From: Candidatus Bathyarchaeia archaeon
GTDB lineage: Archaea > Thermoproteota > Bathyarchaeia > Bathyarchaeales > Bathycorpusculaceae
Direction of reading: 5' to 3'
Assembly (NCBI GenBank): GCA_050010755.1
Contig: JBEKKK010000001.1
Span: forward strand, 704,001 to 768,000
Length of the DNA stretch: 64,000 nucleotides
Numbering within the stretch: the first letter of the stretch is position 1; every line of letters starts with the position of its first letter. Position numbers and translations under genes: made by a program. The notes under the pieces were generated by a model. The model was not told the origin of the DNA. It did not search any database and saw nothing but the letters and a program-made list of their open reading frames with translations. Shown here in pieces: positions 10,348 through 20,267 of this stretch.

Positions 10348-10849
10348 GCTCCTTCCTTAGGATTTCAACTTTCTTGGCCAGTGATTCAAGAATTTTATCG
10401 TTGTCGCAATGCATCAACGGTTTTCCACATGTTGGACACTTGAAAACGAGTTCAACAGCTTCTTCGAAGGGAATTCGCTGGCAACCCGGCGTGGAACAGT
10501 AATAGAAATCATGGTTTTTTTCATAGTCCAGTCGAATGTCAAGTTTTTCAAGCACTCGACGTTTCTGACTGAGTATGAAACCCTCAAGCTGATCGGGCTG
10601 CAACCTCCAATGAAATATGAACCACCCCGTTTTCGGATCGCGCGTGCGCCTGAGGCTTACGAGAGAGTGGTCATAGAGTTTGTAGAGGATTTTTCGAACA
10701 GAGTTCAATCGTATGCCCGTCTTGGTTGCAATCTCGTCATCCGTTATTTCACCGGAGTTCTTCAGAATATCTATTAATTTGACCGCGTCTTCTTCTCCCA
10801 CGGCTTCAGCAACTTTGAGCAGGGTTGCATCATCTATGTTGGATAACAT
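10337..10849 (-). CDS. tfe: Transcription initiation factor E alpha (TFE)
   Basis: wHTH TDDEIA..VRKILYKLY, GWFIFHW, Zn ribbon C..GC/FKCPTCG. Confidence 0.95.
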   Translation of the reverse strand: MLSNIDDATLLKVAEAVGEEDAVKLIDILKNSGEITDDEIATKTGIRLNSVRKILYKLYDHSLVSLRRTRDPKTGWFIFHWRLQPDQLEGFILSQKRRVLEKLDIRLDYEKNHDFYYCSTPGCQRIPFEEAVELVFKCPTCGKPLMHCDNDKILESLAKKVEILRKELGE

Positions 10850-10944
10850 GGCAGACCTTTGCTTCCAGTAATCAGCATTATTACTTATATCATATATTTT
10901 GCAGGTTTAGACTTAAATCTCTTTATTAGGAAAAGCGGGGTTTT

Positions 10945-11511
10945 TCACGGTCTTTTCTCTACTACAACCTTTTTTCCTCTACGTTGAGGGATGATTTTCA
11001 CGTCTGCGTTCTGGAAGCTCTTGGCCAATTCCTCTCCTTTGAAGAAGCGGTCGAGGAAAACTGCCACGCTTGCGCATTCTGAGTGCGGCTGGTTCCCTAT
11101 GGCGACGTTGAAATCTGAAACGGCTTTCGAGAAGAATTCGCCTGGGACTTTTTGGCTTCCAACGATGACCAGAATGTTCTTTCCAGAAGCTCTGATGCGG
11201 GTCAACACGTCTGAAGTTTCAACGTTTTCTCCGTATGCTGTCATGTGCACGACCACGCCGTTTCGGGCTTTCCAGTCGCTTACAGCCTTTCTCCAGGAGG
11301 TTCCCATTTCGAAGAAGAAGGCCCCGCCCCAGCTTCGGGTGACCTCGTCTATCGTGTCCTTGAGTTTTCGGTCCTCTGTGTCTGAGAGGATTAGTCCAGA
11401 AGCACCTAGGGCGCGCGCTGCGAGGGCGACGTGCGTGGTGAGCCTTGCGTCTCTTGTCGGCCGGTGCCCCCATCTCAGCACAACGACTTCGGGCATAGTT
11501 TCTCTCTTCAT
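10945..11511 (-). CDS. trm56: tRNA (cytidine(56)-2'-O)-methyltransferase
   Basis: LRWGHRP.RD.R.TTHVAL.ARALGA, VHMTAYG, VG..KVP, NVAIGNQPHSE. Confidence 0.95.
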   Translation of the reverse strand: MKRETMPEVVVLRWGHRPTRDARLTTHVALAARALGASGLILSDTEDRKLKDTIDEVTRSWGGAFFFEMGTSWRKAVSDWKARNGVVVHMTAYGENVETSDVLTRIRASGKNILVIVGSQKVPGEFFSKAVSDFNVAIGNQPHSECASVAVFLDRFFKGEELAKSFQNADVKIIPQRRGKKVVVEKRP

Positions 11512-12770
11512 ATTTTCTCGACTTGTTGATTAAATTCTATTTTCACTCGGCTTCTAACCTTCTCAGCGAACGTGGGAGCCGATTCGAAAACCACGCAGAC
11601 GGAGTTTCCGTTGTAATCCGCTTTCTGAACGTCAGCATTTTCGAAAAGCCACGCCATGAACCGCATCGTCTTGTCGGTCAATGGAATGGTGAAAGTTGCC
11701 CTGACATAGTTCCTCAGCGTCTTCAGTATCTCCTGTTTCAACTGTTCCAGGTTGGTTTTGAACAATGCGGATATCGGAACAAGAGTCATCGCCTTGTCCT
11801 CCAGCGCTTTAATCTTCTGCTGAACCTCGGTTTCCGACATGAGATCAATCTTGTTCAACAAGGTAATCACCGGAACGCCTGAGGCTCCAATGCGGTCTAT
11901 GGTGTCCAAGCATGTCCACAGCTTCTTTTCGATAACGTTCATCGATTCACTCGCATCCACCAACAGGAGTATCAGGTCCGAGTAGATTGTTTCTTCAAGA
12001 GTTGAGTGGAACGCCTCTATCAGAGTTAAGGGCAGCCGATCTATGAAGCCGACGGTGTCGGTCAAGAGAAACTCTTTCTTCGAGAGTTTTACGAGCCGCG
12101 TCGTCGTCGAAAGCGTCGTGAACAATGCCGCGTCCACGGGAACTGTCTCTTCCGCAAGGGCGTTGAACAGAGAGCTTTTTCCGGCCTTCGTATATCCGGC
12201 GAGCGAAATTGACGTGAACCCCAATTCTTCCCTTCTGCGCCGATGCAGGACTCTCTTTGCCCGGATTTTTCGGAGCTTTCTGCGTATCGCGTGTACTTCT
12301 CTCTTTACGCTTTCGTAGTAGACGTCCACTTCGTAGGCTCCGAGCCCCATGAAACCCGGCTGTTCTCCCTTCTTGGCAAGGCGCACTCTCTCCTTGGCCT
12401 GGGTCAAATCGTATCGTAGACTTGCCAGTTTGATCTGCATCTGCGCCTCGGCAGTGGTGGCTCTCTTCGTGAAGATTTCCAGTATCAGCTGAAAACGGTC
12501 GATGATTTCGACGCCCGTTGCTTTTGCAAGGTTGTAAGACTGAAGAGGCCTCAGTAGGTTGTCGAAAATCACTTTTTCGGCGGCTTCTTTCTTTACGAGT
12601 TCGGCGAGTTCTTCCACTTTCCCGGAGCCTATCTGGTAGCGGGCGTCTCCCTGTCTGACTTGTTCCAGCCTGCCAACGATAGTGTAGCCCGCCGATTCAG
12701 CTAGACTTTCAAGCTCATCAAGGCCGTTCGGTTCGAATTGCTGGCGACGTTGGACTATGATTGCCTTCGT
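11508..12770 (-). CDS. hflX: GTPase HflX
   Basis: IIDRFQLILEIF, AGYTKAGKSS, LFTTL, DTVGFI, NKID. The HflX-like N-terminus continues in frame 51 codons upstream of the ORF-track start (see findings). Confidence 0.9.
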   Translation of the reverse strand, partial: TKAIIVQRRQQFEPNGLDELESLAESAGYTIVGRLEQVRQGDARYQIGSGKVEELAELVKKEAAEKVIFDNLLRPLQSYNLAKATGVEIIDRFQLILEIFTKRATTAEAQMQIKLASLRYDLTQAKERVRLAKKGEQPGFMGLGAYEVDVYYESVKREVHAIRRKLRKIRAKRVLHRRRREELGFTSISLAGYTKAGKSSLFNALAEETVPVDAALFTTLSTTTRLVKLSKKEFLLTDTVGFIDRLPLTLIEAFHSTLEETIYSDLILLLVDASESMNVIEKKLWTCLDTIDRIGASGVPVITLLNKIDLMSETEVQQKIKALEDKAMTLVPISALFKTNLEQLKQEILKTLRNYVRATFTIPLTDKTMRFMAWLFENADVQKADYNGNSVCVVFESAPTFAEKVRSRVKIEFNQQVEKI

Positions 12771-13309
12771 CCAGCAGTATCCTCCTTCTCCTTGCCCTTC
12801 TTGTCCATCTGAATCAGATCTCCAAGGGTCATGTCCCGACCTGAAGCCCTGCCCAGTTTCGCCTGCGGGACTTTCTCTTCCTTGGCTGGAACGATTAGCT
12901 TGATTTTCAAAGCGTGCTCGAGCATCGTTGCAAGTCTGTTGTCCGGCGTCATCTTTCCAGTTTCAATTTTTCGCAGAAGCGACACTTTCTCGTTTATTTT
13001 CTTCCCCAATTCCTCGTGAGACAGCCCGAGTTTCTCTCTGGCTTGCCTTATTTTCAAATCGAAGTTCTCCACGAGTTCCAAGCTTGTGTCCACTTTCGGA
13101 GGCTGCGGCTTCTTGGTCTGAATCATCAGAGGCCTAGGCTTCGTCCCAGGCCTCAGACTTGTAACGCGCTGTTTAGGTTCCTCGTAGTATGGCTTTCCAA
13201 GCTTAGAGCACTCGATGCATACCGTTAGCTTTGCCCCTTCGATGATGACTTTTAGGGGTTTTCCGTTGATTCTGCGCCCACAGACTTCACATCGCAATTG
13301 TCCTTCCAC
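12755..13309 (-). CDS. mbf1: Archaeal multiprotein bridging factor aMBF1
   Basis: N-terminal CEVCG..VC..C Zn ribbon, HTH IRQAREKLGLS..IETG, TLGD motif. Confidence 0.93.
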   Translation of the reverse strand: MEGQLRCEVCGRRINGKPLKVIIEGAKLTVCIECSKLGKPYYEEPKQRVTSLRPGTKPRPLMIQTKKPQPPKVDTSLELVENFDLKIRQAREKLGLSHEELGKKINEKVSLLRKIETGKMTPDNRLATMLEHALKIKLIVPAKEEKVPQAKLGRASGRDMTLGDLIQMDKKGKEKEDTAGRRQS

Positions 13310-13384
13310 CTGAACTGTTTTTATTATCCATTTTATTATTCTAGTGATGTTTATAGTTGTCGAAACGGAATTCGGCCTTTGCTG

Positions 13385-13864
13385 GTGACAGGTTTGGAAG
13401 ATTCATTGAGAAGAGTTAGGAGCGTTGCTGATTATCAGTTCGGCAAGGGAGTTGGCAGGGTACTGTTCCCCGACGAGGTGAAGATCGTTTTTTCTAGGAA
13501 CACGGGCCGAATCCGCTACGTCTACCTTGAGGGTAAACGGCTTGGAACGATGCGGCCGACAGACGGCTTCTTTTCGTTGAGTATTTACGGAGCGAAAAGA
13601 GTTGTTGATGGTGGACAATCTGCGAGGTGTTTTGTTACTGTTCGTAGTGACGTTGCGAAGTTCATAGCTGAGGGTGGCGACGTTTTTGCTGCGCACATCG
13701 TGTCGGCTGATGACGAGGTTCGCGCTAGAGACGAAATCATCGTGCTCGACGAAGAGGGCGAGGTCTTGGCAGTTGGGCGGGCTGCACTTTCGGGTGAAGA
13801 AATGAAAGCTTTTAAGCGCGGCATCGCCGTGAAAGTTCGGCGCGGTTGTCTAGAGGAAGGTTAA
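13385..13864 (+). CDS. PUA-domain RNA-binding protein
   Basis: ADYQFG, SRNTGRIRYV, VFAAHI, LAVGRA, AVKVRRG; likely GTG 13385. Confidence 0.85.
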   Translation: MTGLEDSLRRVRSVADYQFGKGVGRVLFPDEVKIVFSRNTGRIRYVYLEGKRLGTMRPTDGFFSLSIYGAKRVVDGGQSARCFVTVRSDVAKFIAEGGDVFAAHIVSADDEVRARDEIIVLDEEGEVLAVGRAALSGEEMKAFKRGIAVKVRRGCLEEG

Positions 13865-13910
13865 GTATATGAAGATTGAATTGCAAATGCTATGCATGTA
13901 GGGTGAGACC

Positions 13911-14264
13911 GTGCAAAGACGTGTGAACCCCAGAGAAGCAAAACGCATGATGCAACGTATGGGCCTGAACATGAATCCAGTGACCGACGTTGAGCAAGTC
14001 ATCATCAAAACTAACAGCAAACAGATCATTATAGAAGAGCCTGAAGTTGCGATGCTTGAAATGCAGGGACAGAAAATTTTCCAGGTGACAGGTGGAAAAA
14101 TCACTGAGAAAGCAGCAGAACGCAAACCGTCAGCCGTGGCTGAAGAAGACGTCAGGCTTGTAGCAGACCAGACTGGAAAAAACTTGGAAGAAGCGAGAAA
14201 AGCCCTGGAAGAATGTCAAGGAGATCTAGCCAAAGCCATCCTGTTGCTACAATCGAACGGCTAG
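13911..14264 (+). CDS. nac: Nascent polypeptide-associated complex protein
   Basis: NPR..KRMMQRMG, FQVTG, C-terminal UBA EEDVRLVADQTG...GDLAKAI. Confidence 0.95.
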   Translation: MQRRVNPREAKRMMQRMGLNMNPVTDVEQVIIKTNSKQIIIEEPEVAMLEMQGQKIFQVTGGKITEKAAERKPSAVAEEDVRLVADQTGKNLEEARKALEECQGDLAKAILLLQSNG

Positions 14265-14561
14265 AAAGTAGCGCTCTCGCACAAACAATCTGAACTCATC
14301 GATGACGGCTAAGCCAACGTGAAAATCGATTTTCAAGAAAAAGCAAGATTGATCAAACTCTTTCAAAAGCATGACAAAAAAACATTCACTGACCTGAACT
14401 TCGCTAAAATAATACTTTCAATGAAGTTTGGAATGACTGCTTGAAAGTTGAAAGAGACTTCGGACACTGAGACGGGAGCTGAAAACTCGCGGCGGGATGC
14501 ATCCCAGAACATCTATAAGCAAATTCGTCTTTCCTTAATGCGACTATTTGAGGGGGCGCCC

Positions 14562-15707
14562 GTGAAGTATAGGAAATTTGGCAAGTTGGACTGGGAGGTT
14601 TCGGCTTTGGGGTTTGGAGCAATGAGACTGCCTATTATCGATGGGGATGCCTCGAAAATCAACGAACCCGAAGCTTTGAAGATGATCAGGTATGCGCTTG
14701 ACAGCGGCTTGAATTATGTGGATACTGCGTATCCTTATCACAGGGGAAACAGTGAGGGACTTGTTGGAAAGGCGCTGCGAGAAGGCTACCGTGAGAAGAC
14801 AAGATTGGCCACGAAGATGCCGTCTTGGCTCATCAAGTCCCAGGAGGACATGGACAAGTACTTGGATGAACAGCTCACTAGGCTCCAGCAGGACTACGTG
14901 GATTTCTATTTGTTGCACGGGCTCAGAAAGGATGGCTGGCAGAAACTCAAAGATTTGAACGTGTTCAAGTGGGCTGAAAAGAAGATGGACGAGGGAAAGT
15001 TTTTGCATTTGGGTTTCAGCTTCCATGATGACTATGGCACTTTCAAGAAAATCGTAGACGCCTACGACGGCTGGACATTCTGCCAAATCCAGTACAGCTA
15101 CATGGACGAACAGTACCAAGCTGGCACGAGAGGGTTGAAGTATGCCGCCTCAAGGGGCTTGGCAGTTGTCGTGATGGAACCCATAGCCGGCGGAAGGCTG
15201 GCAACTGTACCTCCCAAAGAGATCCAGGAATCTTGGAACAAAGCAGGTATCCAGAGAACACCCGCGGAGTGGGCGCTTCAATGGGTGTGGAACCATCCGG
15301 AAGTGTCCGTTGTCCTGAGTGGCATGAGCACGTTTCAACAGGTGAAAGAAAACCTGGACAGCGCAAACAGATCAGCCGCCAACAGACTCACAGCTAAGGA
15401 ACTAAGCGTCATCAGCCAAGTCAGACGCAAATACAAAAGGCTCGGCTTCATCGGTTGTACTGGCTGCAGATACTGCATGCCCTGCCCACAGGGAGTGAAC
15501 GTACCTGAGATATTCTCACTTTACAATGAATACTACGTACGGAATGAGGACGACGAGATAAAAAGCAAGTATTGGGAGCACATCACGCCGGAAAGCCAAG
15601 CAAAGAGATGTGAGAGATGTGGAAAATGCGAGGAAGTTTGTCCTCAGCACCTGCAGATCAGGGAAATTCTGAGCAGGGCCGCTTTTCTCTTTGAAGAGAA
15701 GACCTGA
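14562..15707 (+). CDS. Aldo/keto reductase with C-terminal 4Fe-4S motifs
   Basis: YRKFGK, SALGFGAMRLP, DTAYPYH, GFSFH, VMEP..GG, CTGCRYCMPCP, CERCGKCEEVCP. Confidence 0.92.
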   Translation: MKYRKFGKLDWEVSALGFGAMRLPIIDGDASKINEPEALKMIRYALDSGLNYVDTAYPYHRGNSEGLVGKALREGYREKTRLATKMPSWLIKSQEDMDKYLDEQLTRLQQDYVDFYLLHGLRKDGWQKLKDLNVFKWAEKKMDEGKFLHLGFSFHDDYGTFKKIVDAYDGWTFCQIQYSYMDEQYQAGTRGLKYAASRGLAVVVMEPIAGGRLATVPPKEIQESWNKAGIQRTPAEWALQWVWNHPEVSVVLSGMSTFQQVKENLDSANRSAANRLTAKELSVISQVRRKYKRLGFIGCTGCRYCMPCPQGVNVPEIFSLYNEYYVRNEDDEIKSKYWEHITPESQAKRCERCGKCEEVCPQHLQIREILSRAAFLFEEKT

Positions 15708-16021
15708 AAAAGGATGCATGCACGAATTAGGATGGCTGCGCAGGAATAGCAGGTCTCGCGGGTGCTCATATTTTTAACGGGAGGAGACGAATGTCTGGAC
15801 TGCGCGTTCGCTTTAGGTCTTTGGGTGACAACCTCTTGGTGTCGCGTGATTTACGTTCAGTTCATGTCATCTATTTTGATGTAAAGTTTACAGATGATTC
15901 ACTTTTTTGAGAACGTGACCAAACTCTGATTGTTCTTTTTGCATTACTTGAGAACAAAGATTAAATAGTCTCTCCTCCATGAGTTAAGTCTTAAACTTTG
16001 GATTTAATCGAGGTGATACAA

Positions 16022-16234
16022 TTGGTGAGCGAAGGAAAGGGACGCTTGTTCAGAAGGAAAGACGGAAAGTATCTGCTCTACCTGCCCGTGGACTTGGCTG
16101 AGGATAGTATGTTTCCGTTCAAGGAATACCAGAGAACAAAGAGAGGAGCCGATTCAATCGCTGTTAAAATAAACTTCAAACATGGGGAGGGCAAGCTGAC
16201 AGTGGAAAAGTGGAAGGAACCAGCTGCACAATAA
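16022..16234 (+). CDS. Small hypothetical protein, possibly AbrB-like swapped-hairpin fold
   Basis: GAGGTG RBS and TTAAATA box upstream; GRLFRRKDGKYLLYLP pattern. Confidence 0.55.
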   Translation: MVSEGKGRLFRRKDGKYLLYLPVDLAEDSMFPFKEYQRTKRGADSIAVKINFKHGEGKLTVEKWKEPAAQ

Positions 16235-16466
16235 TCTGGTCGAACAGTTGCAGTTAAGCATTCCCCACGTTAGAGCAAATCTGTCACTTGTTTCTGAACC
16301 ACCTACACTTTTTTAGGCATTAGCCCAGATTTACCAAGGCAGGCAAGTCGGGGCAGTGATTTTGAAAGTTCCGTTTTGGTGTGAGTGTATGCATACAAGA
16401 AGGACGAGAATGAGGGCAATTTTGATCTTTGCTGCGTGCAATCAGTGATCGAGAAGATCAAATCTA

Positions 16467-18434
16467 TTAGCCGTAGATTGAAACTCGGCAAAGACCTTTC
16501 TTTTCCAAGTCTTCTGCAATATCGGTAATCCCTAACTCTGTCAATTTCTCTTTTGTAGGTATTCCCCTGTCCAATTCCCAACCTCTTTCGTCGTAATACT
16601 CATCAAGAATCTCATGGACGTCGTTCCGGTTGAGAACCTTTTTGCCATAGTAATCTTTCATTTTGACCAACCCGTCAGGCGTCTTTCTCGGCTTAAGCCA
16701 TATTTCGGGAATCACGTCGTTTTTTCTTTCAAATCCTTCTCTGACATTCAAAACTTTAAGCAAGTTATGAACAAGCTCACCTGCTTTCTTGAGTTCTCTA
16801 GCATTAGTTTGAATCCCGGTTGCTGCTGAGTAGGCTTCGGCAAGAATGTCTATGCTCAAGATTCCTAGTACTGCATAGATCGTGCATATGCCTAAGGAAT
16901 TATAAACTGCGTAGGCATCCTCTGCATGTCTGGCGAGTCTGCCAGCGCTGAATCCCAGAGGATTTGACGGATTAAAAATCCTTTTCAAGGCGTCAGTATC
17001 TACACCCATCTTCTTGCAGTCTTTCCGAATCACATCTATTGATTGTAAAGGATTAATGCTCGCTGAATGAGCAGATGCACTGTGTGCCCCGCGAGGATGG
17101 ACAATTTGAGTGAGGGATATTGCATCAAATGATCTGAATCGTGCATCGTATATCGAGTCTGCACCCTTGACTTCTCCGCGACCTTGCAGGTATTCAGTGC
17201 TTGAGTCTATGCCAAGTGTCTCAGAAGTCGTTTTCCATCCATCTGCCAAAATATCTCCGAATCCCTCCTTATGGCTTATCATATCCGCCAATAGAACGTA
17301 AGTGTTCAAGTTTCTCTTCAGTTCTAGGCCACCAGTTTGTTCTCTGTTAATCTTGCCTTGTTCAAAGACTCTAGTTACAAAATCTACTAAACCAGAGAAT
17401 GTCATGCAGCATAGGCCGTATCTATTCAGTATATCCATTAATTCAATTGCATTTCTGTAATCAGCAATTTCCAATCTATTGCCCATCGCAGCTATCACAT
17501 CGAAGTGTCCTGTTTGCGTGCCATGTCCCTTGAATTTCCCACTTTTTATTTCAAATGAAGCTGCACAAGGCAGCATGCAAGCTGTACAAGCTAATATCTT
17601 TGTTTTTACTTTTGCAAAATTTTGGAACCCATAAAATTTATCATATGTCTCTTTATCCCAATTTCCTTCATTCATGGTCTCTATGTAAGTTTCCCATCCT
17701 GCCATCGTACCTAGGTCTTTCATTTTCTCGAAGGAAGGATGATTCAGGATTTGTCTGCGTATGCGGCCCACTACATTCATGAATTTTTGCTTTTCTCGTA
17801 TGTTTACACGTCCAGTGCCTCTGACAACGATTGCTTTGAGTCTTTTGGAGCCCATCACTGCTCCAAGCCCGCCTCTGCCTAAATGGTAGTTTTTGTCGAC
17901 TAGGCACAGCGAAAAACTCACTAAATTCTCGCCAGCGGCACCAATTGCTATTATTCCATTCTTGCCTTCATTGGTCAACTCATCGGAAACTTCATAGCTG
18001 TCTTTTCTTCCCCACAAATGTTCGGCATCGCAAATGCTGATTCGATCATCTATAATCTCCAAATACACTGGATTCTCCGATTTTCCAGTTATTATTAACT
18101 GATCGTAGCCTGCACTTTTGAGCATGAAACCAAATCTTCTGCTACCACTTACAGCTCCTGCAATCGTCCCCGTGAGAGGGAATTTTGTTGTTGCCACTAC
18201 CTTTGCAGCAGATGGGAACATTGTTCCTACAAGGGGACCGGCGCTGATAATTATAGGGTTGATTGCTGATAGAGGAGTTTCTTCGGCTTTTATCAGGGAG
18301 TAAGCTACTCTCAGGTCCAGCCCCCAACCTCCAATAAATTTTTTCGCCAAAGACAAGTCGAGGGATTTCATATCGATCTGTTTGGTTGCAAGATCCACGA
18401 AAACCGTGGTGCCAGCAAATCCGTGACATACCAT
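16467..18434 (-). CDS. Aldehyde:ferredoxin oxidoreductase family protein (paralog 3, divergent active-site motifs)
   Basis: FIGGWG, GRGGLGAVMGSKRLKA, CTACMLPC, HPRGAH, YYDERGW; visibly more AT-rich than neighbours. Confidence 0.9.
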   Translation of the reverse strand: MVCHGFAGTTVFVDLATKQIDMKSLDLSLAKKFIGGWGLDLRVAYSLIKAEETPLSAINPIIISAGPLVGTMFPSAAKVVATTKFPLTGTIAGAVSGSRRFGFMLKSAGYDQLIITGKSENPVYLEIIDDRISICDAEHLWGRKDSYEVSDELTNEGKNGIIAIGAAGENLVSFSLCLVDKNYHLGRGGLGAVMGSKRLKAIVVRGTGRVNIREKQKFMNVVGRIRRQILNHPSFEKMKDLGTMAGWETYIETMNEGNWDKETYDKFYGFQNFAKVKTKILACTACMLPCAASFEIKSGKFKGHGTQTGHFDVIAAMGNRLEIADYRNAIELMDILNRYGLCCMTFSGLVDFVTRVFEQGKINREQTGGLELKRNLNTYVLLADMISHKEGFGDILADGWKTTSETLGIDSSTEYLQGRGEVKGADSIYDARFRSFDAISLTQIVHPRGAHSASAHSASINPLQSIDVIRKDCKKMGVDTDALKRIFNPSNPLGFSAGRLARHAEDAYAVYNSLGICTIYAVLGILSIDILAEAYSAATGIQTNARELKKAGELVHNLLKVLNVREGFERKNDVIPEIWLKPRKTPDGLVKMKDYYGKKVLNRNDVHEILDEYYDERGWELDRGIPTKEKLTELGITDIAEDLEKKGLCRVSIYG

Positions 18435-18435
18435 C

Positions 18436-18660
18436 CTAGATCCAACTCACTGTTCTCAGCGCTTCAAAAGGACAATACTCAACGCAGAGTTTGCTTTCTT
18501 TGATGCATAGTTCTAAAAATACGATTTTCTCTTTGCTAACCGATATTCTTGATTTTGAGACGTTGAAACTCCCATTGTGTGCAAATGAGCAGATCAATTG
18601 GCAGCTCAAACACTCCCTACACTTCTTAGGAGACATGATTATGTTTGTCTTCTCATTCAT
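18436..18660 (-). CDS. Small 4Fe-4S ferredoxin-like AOR partner
   Basis: CRECLSCQLICS..H and CVEYCPFEAL; stop 1 bp before the AOR start. Confidence 0.75.
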   Translation of the reverse strand: MNEKTNIIMSPKKCRECLSCQLICSFAHNGSFNVSKSRISVSKEKIVFLELCIKESKLCVEYCPFEALRTVSWI

Positions 18661-19083
18661 CCATAATAAAACCGCCGATCTTAATTATTAAACCTTGTCT
18701 GCCCAATCCTGTTGAGCTAGCATTTATTCTGATTAAGTCATCTGGCTTAAGAGCCTACAATAATCGTCTTTGTCGAAAACAACGTTAGAAACAATACGTA
18801 CTCCAAATTCATAATGGATAAATCAAATGTCCAAGTCTTTTTGACTATCAACGGGAGTCTTCAAGCAAAACCTGAATATGCAAGTTACCCATGGTAGAGA
18901 CGCAGAACATGGTATCTCCCCAAAGATGTGAAAATAGGCAGAAAATCTGATGTCACAGTTTGCCGATGTGCATGAGAGTCGTCCAAGCGCCAGACCTGAA
19001 AATCTGTCGAAAACACCTTAGAAGGGGAGTAGCTTTCACGACAACCGTTCCCATCGACCCATAGGTACAGGGGGCAAGGAAAT

Positions 19084-19551
19084 TTGGATGAAAATAACAG
19101 AATCCTGATAGTCGACGATGACGAAAGCATAAGGAAAATCTTGTCAGCGATACTGGAAGATGAAGGATATGTTGTTGAAACGGCGGAGAACGGTAGAGAA
19201 GCCATTGACAAATCTAACGAGAAAGTCTACAACCTTGCATTGATTGATGTGCGTCTTCCAGACATTGAAGGGGTGGTGCTTCTCGCGAAGCTTAGAGAAA
19301 CTATGCCCAGAATGCGAAAAATAATCATAACAGGATTTCCAACTGTCCAGAACGCCATAGAGGCCGTGAACAACAAGGCAGATGCTTACATGTTTAAGCC
19401 TTTTGAGGTTGTAAAGATTCTGGAAACGATCAAAGAGCAGCTTAAGAAACAGCTCGAAGAGAAGGAGTACAGCCAAAATAAAATTACAGAATTCATTGAA
19501 ACAAGAGTTAGAGAACTGGAGATGGAAAACGCTCCAAAAACATCTCGATAA
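19084..19551 (+). CDS. Response regulator receiver protein (no kinase in window)
   Basis: ILIVDDD, LIDVRLPD (phospho-Asp), ITG, KPF. Confidence 0.93.
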   Translation: MDENNRILIVDDDESIRKILSAILEDEGYVVETAENGREAIDKSNEKVYNLALIDVRLPDIEGVVLLAKLRETMPRMRKIIITGFPTVQNAIEAVNNKADAYMFKPFEVVKILETIKEQLKKQLEEKEYSQNKITEFIETRVRELEMENAPKTSR

Positions 19552-19843
19552 AGTGTCCCTCCAACCAACCATCCATCCGACTGTACGGCAGACAGCCAAC
19601 CTCCATCTTTTGCACCATCCAAACGTTTTAATCGTTTGAATATTTGCAAGCGCCTCGTCAAAACCATGATTGCCATCCCCCTCCCGTCAGGGATAGGTGA
19701 ACAAAGATTTCCTGGCTTGCAAGAAACTGCTTCCGCTCCCCTTACACCCTACAATGCGGAATTAAATACTATCGAGTATTATGTTCTGGCGATCCATTAC
19801 AAGTCAAAAGATATTTATCGTCAGGAGAAAACCATCTTTCGAT

Positions 19844-19958
19844 GCTCCGGTAGTATAGTCCGGTCAAACTTCGTTGAAGGACTAAGTATAGCGGCCTCTC
19901 GACCCCGAAAATTGGGAGACAGTCGCGGACCCGGGTCCAAATCCCGGCCGGAGCACCA
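19844..19958 (+). tRNA. tRNA-Glu(CTC) with two introns (19868-19885 in the D-loop, 19902-19920 at 37/38) and encoded CCA
   Basis: Acceptor GCTCCGG/CCGGAGC-A-CCA, anticodon stem GCGGC/GTCGC with CTC at 19898-19900, T-arm CCGGG-TCCAAAT-CCCGG; both introns form BHB-like motifs. Confidence 0.92.
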
Positions 19959-20267
19959 ATTTACCGGTAAATTTCATATGGATTCAAACGCCAATCTCCT
20001 TGGTGTGTTTTGGTTGGACAAGTACCGTTCGATTGGTCTTGGATCTTAGACCTGTCATTTTTCTGTAGGTTTATTGCATTCATGATCTGACCCAAGCATC
20101 TGAATTCTTGTATAAACCATTTTGCGGTTGTGTTTTCTTCGAAAATTCGGTGTATTCAATCTCTCGTCAGATTAGCGTGCGCTCTTGAAAAACATAGTTC
20201 CATCGCTTCTGGTAGTGTCTTTAATACTAGTTCAAGCCTCAGTGAGGATATAAGTGGAGGGGTTGGC

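Noticed and set aside
10991-11533. Long antisense ORFs (also 14544-15119, 34287-34802, 61190-61669 and others)
   Set aside because: Shadow frames of well-supported genes with no independent motifs.
14265-14560. C/D-box sRNA in the nac-AKR intergenic region
   Set aside because: No convincing RUGAUGA/CUGA pair at suitable spacing.
19636-20049. 137-aa ORF from the track
   Set aside because: It spans the tRNA-Glu gene and has no recognisable motifs; spurious.
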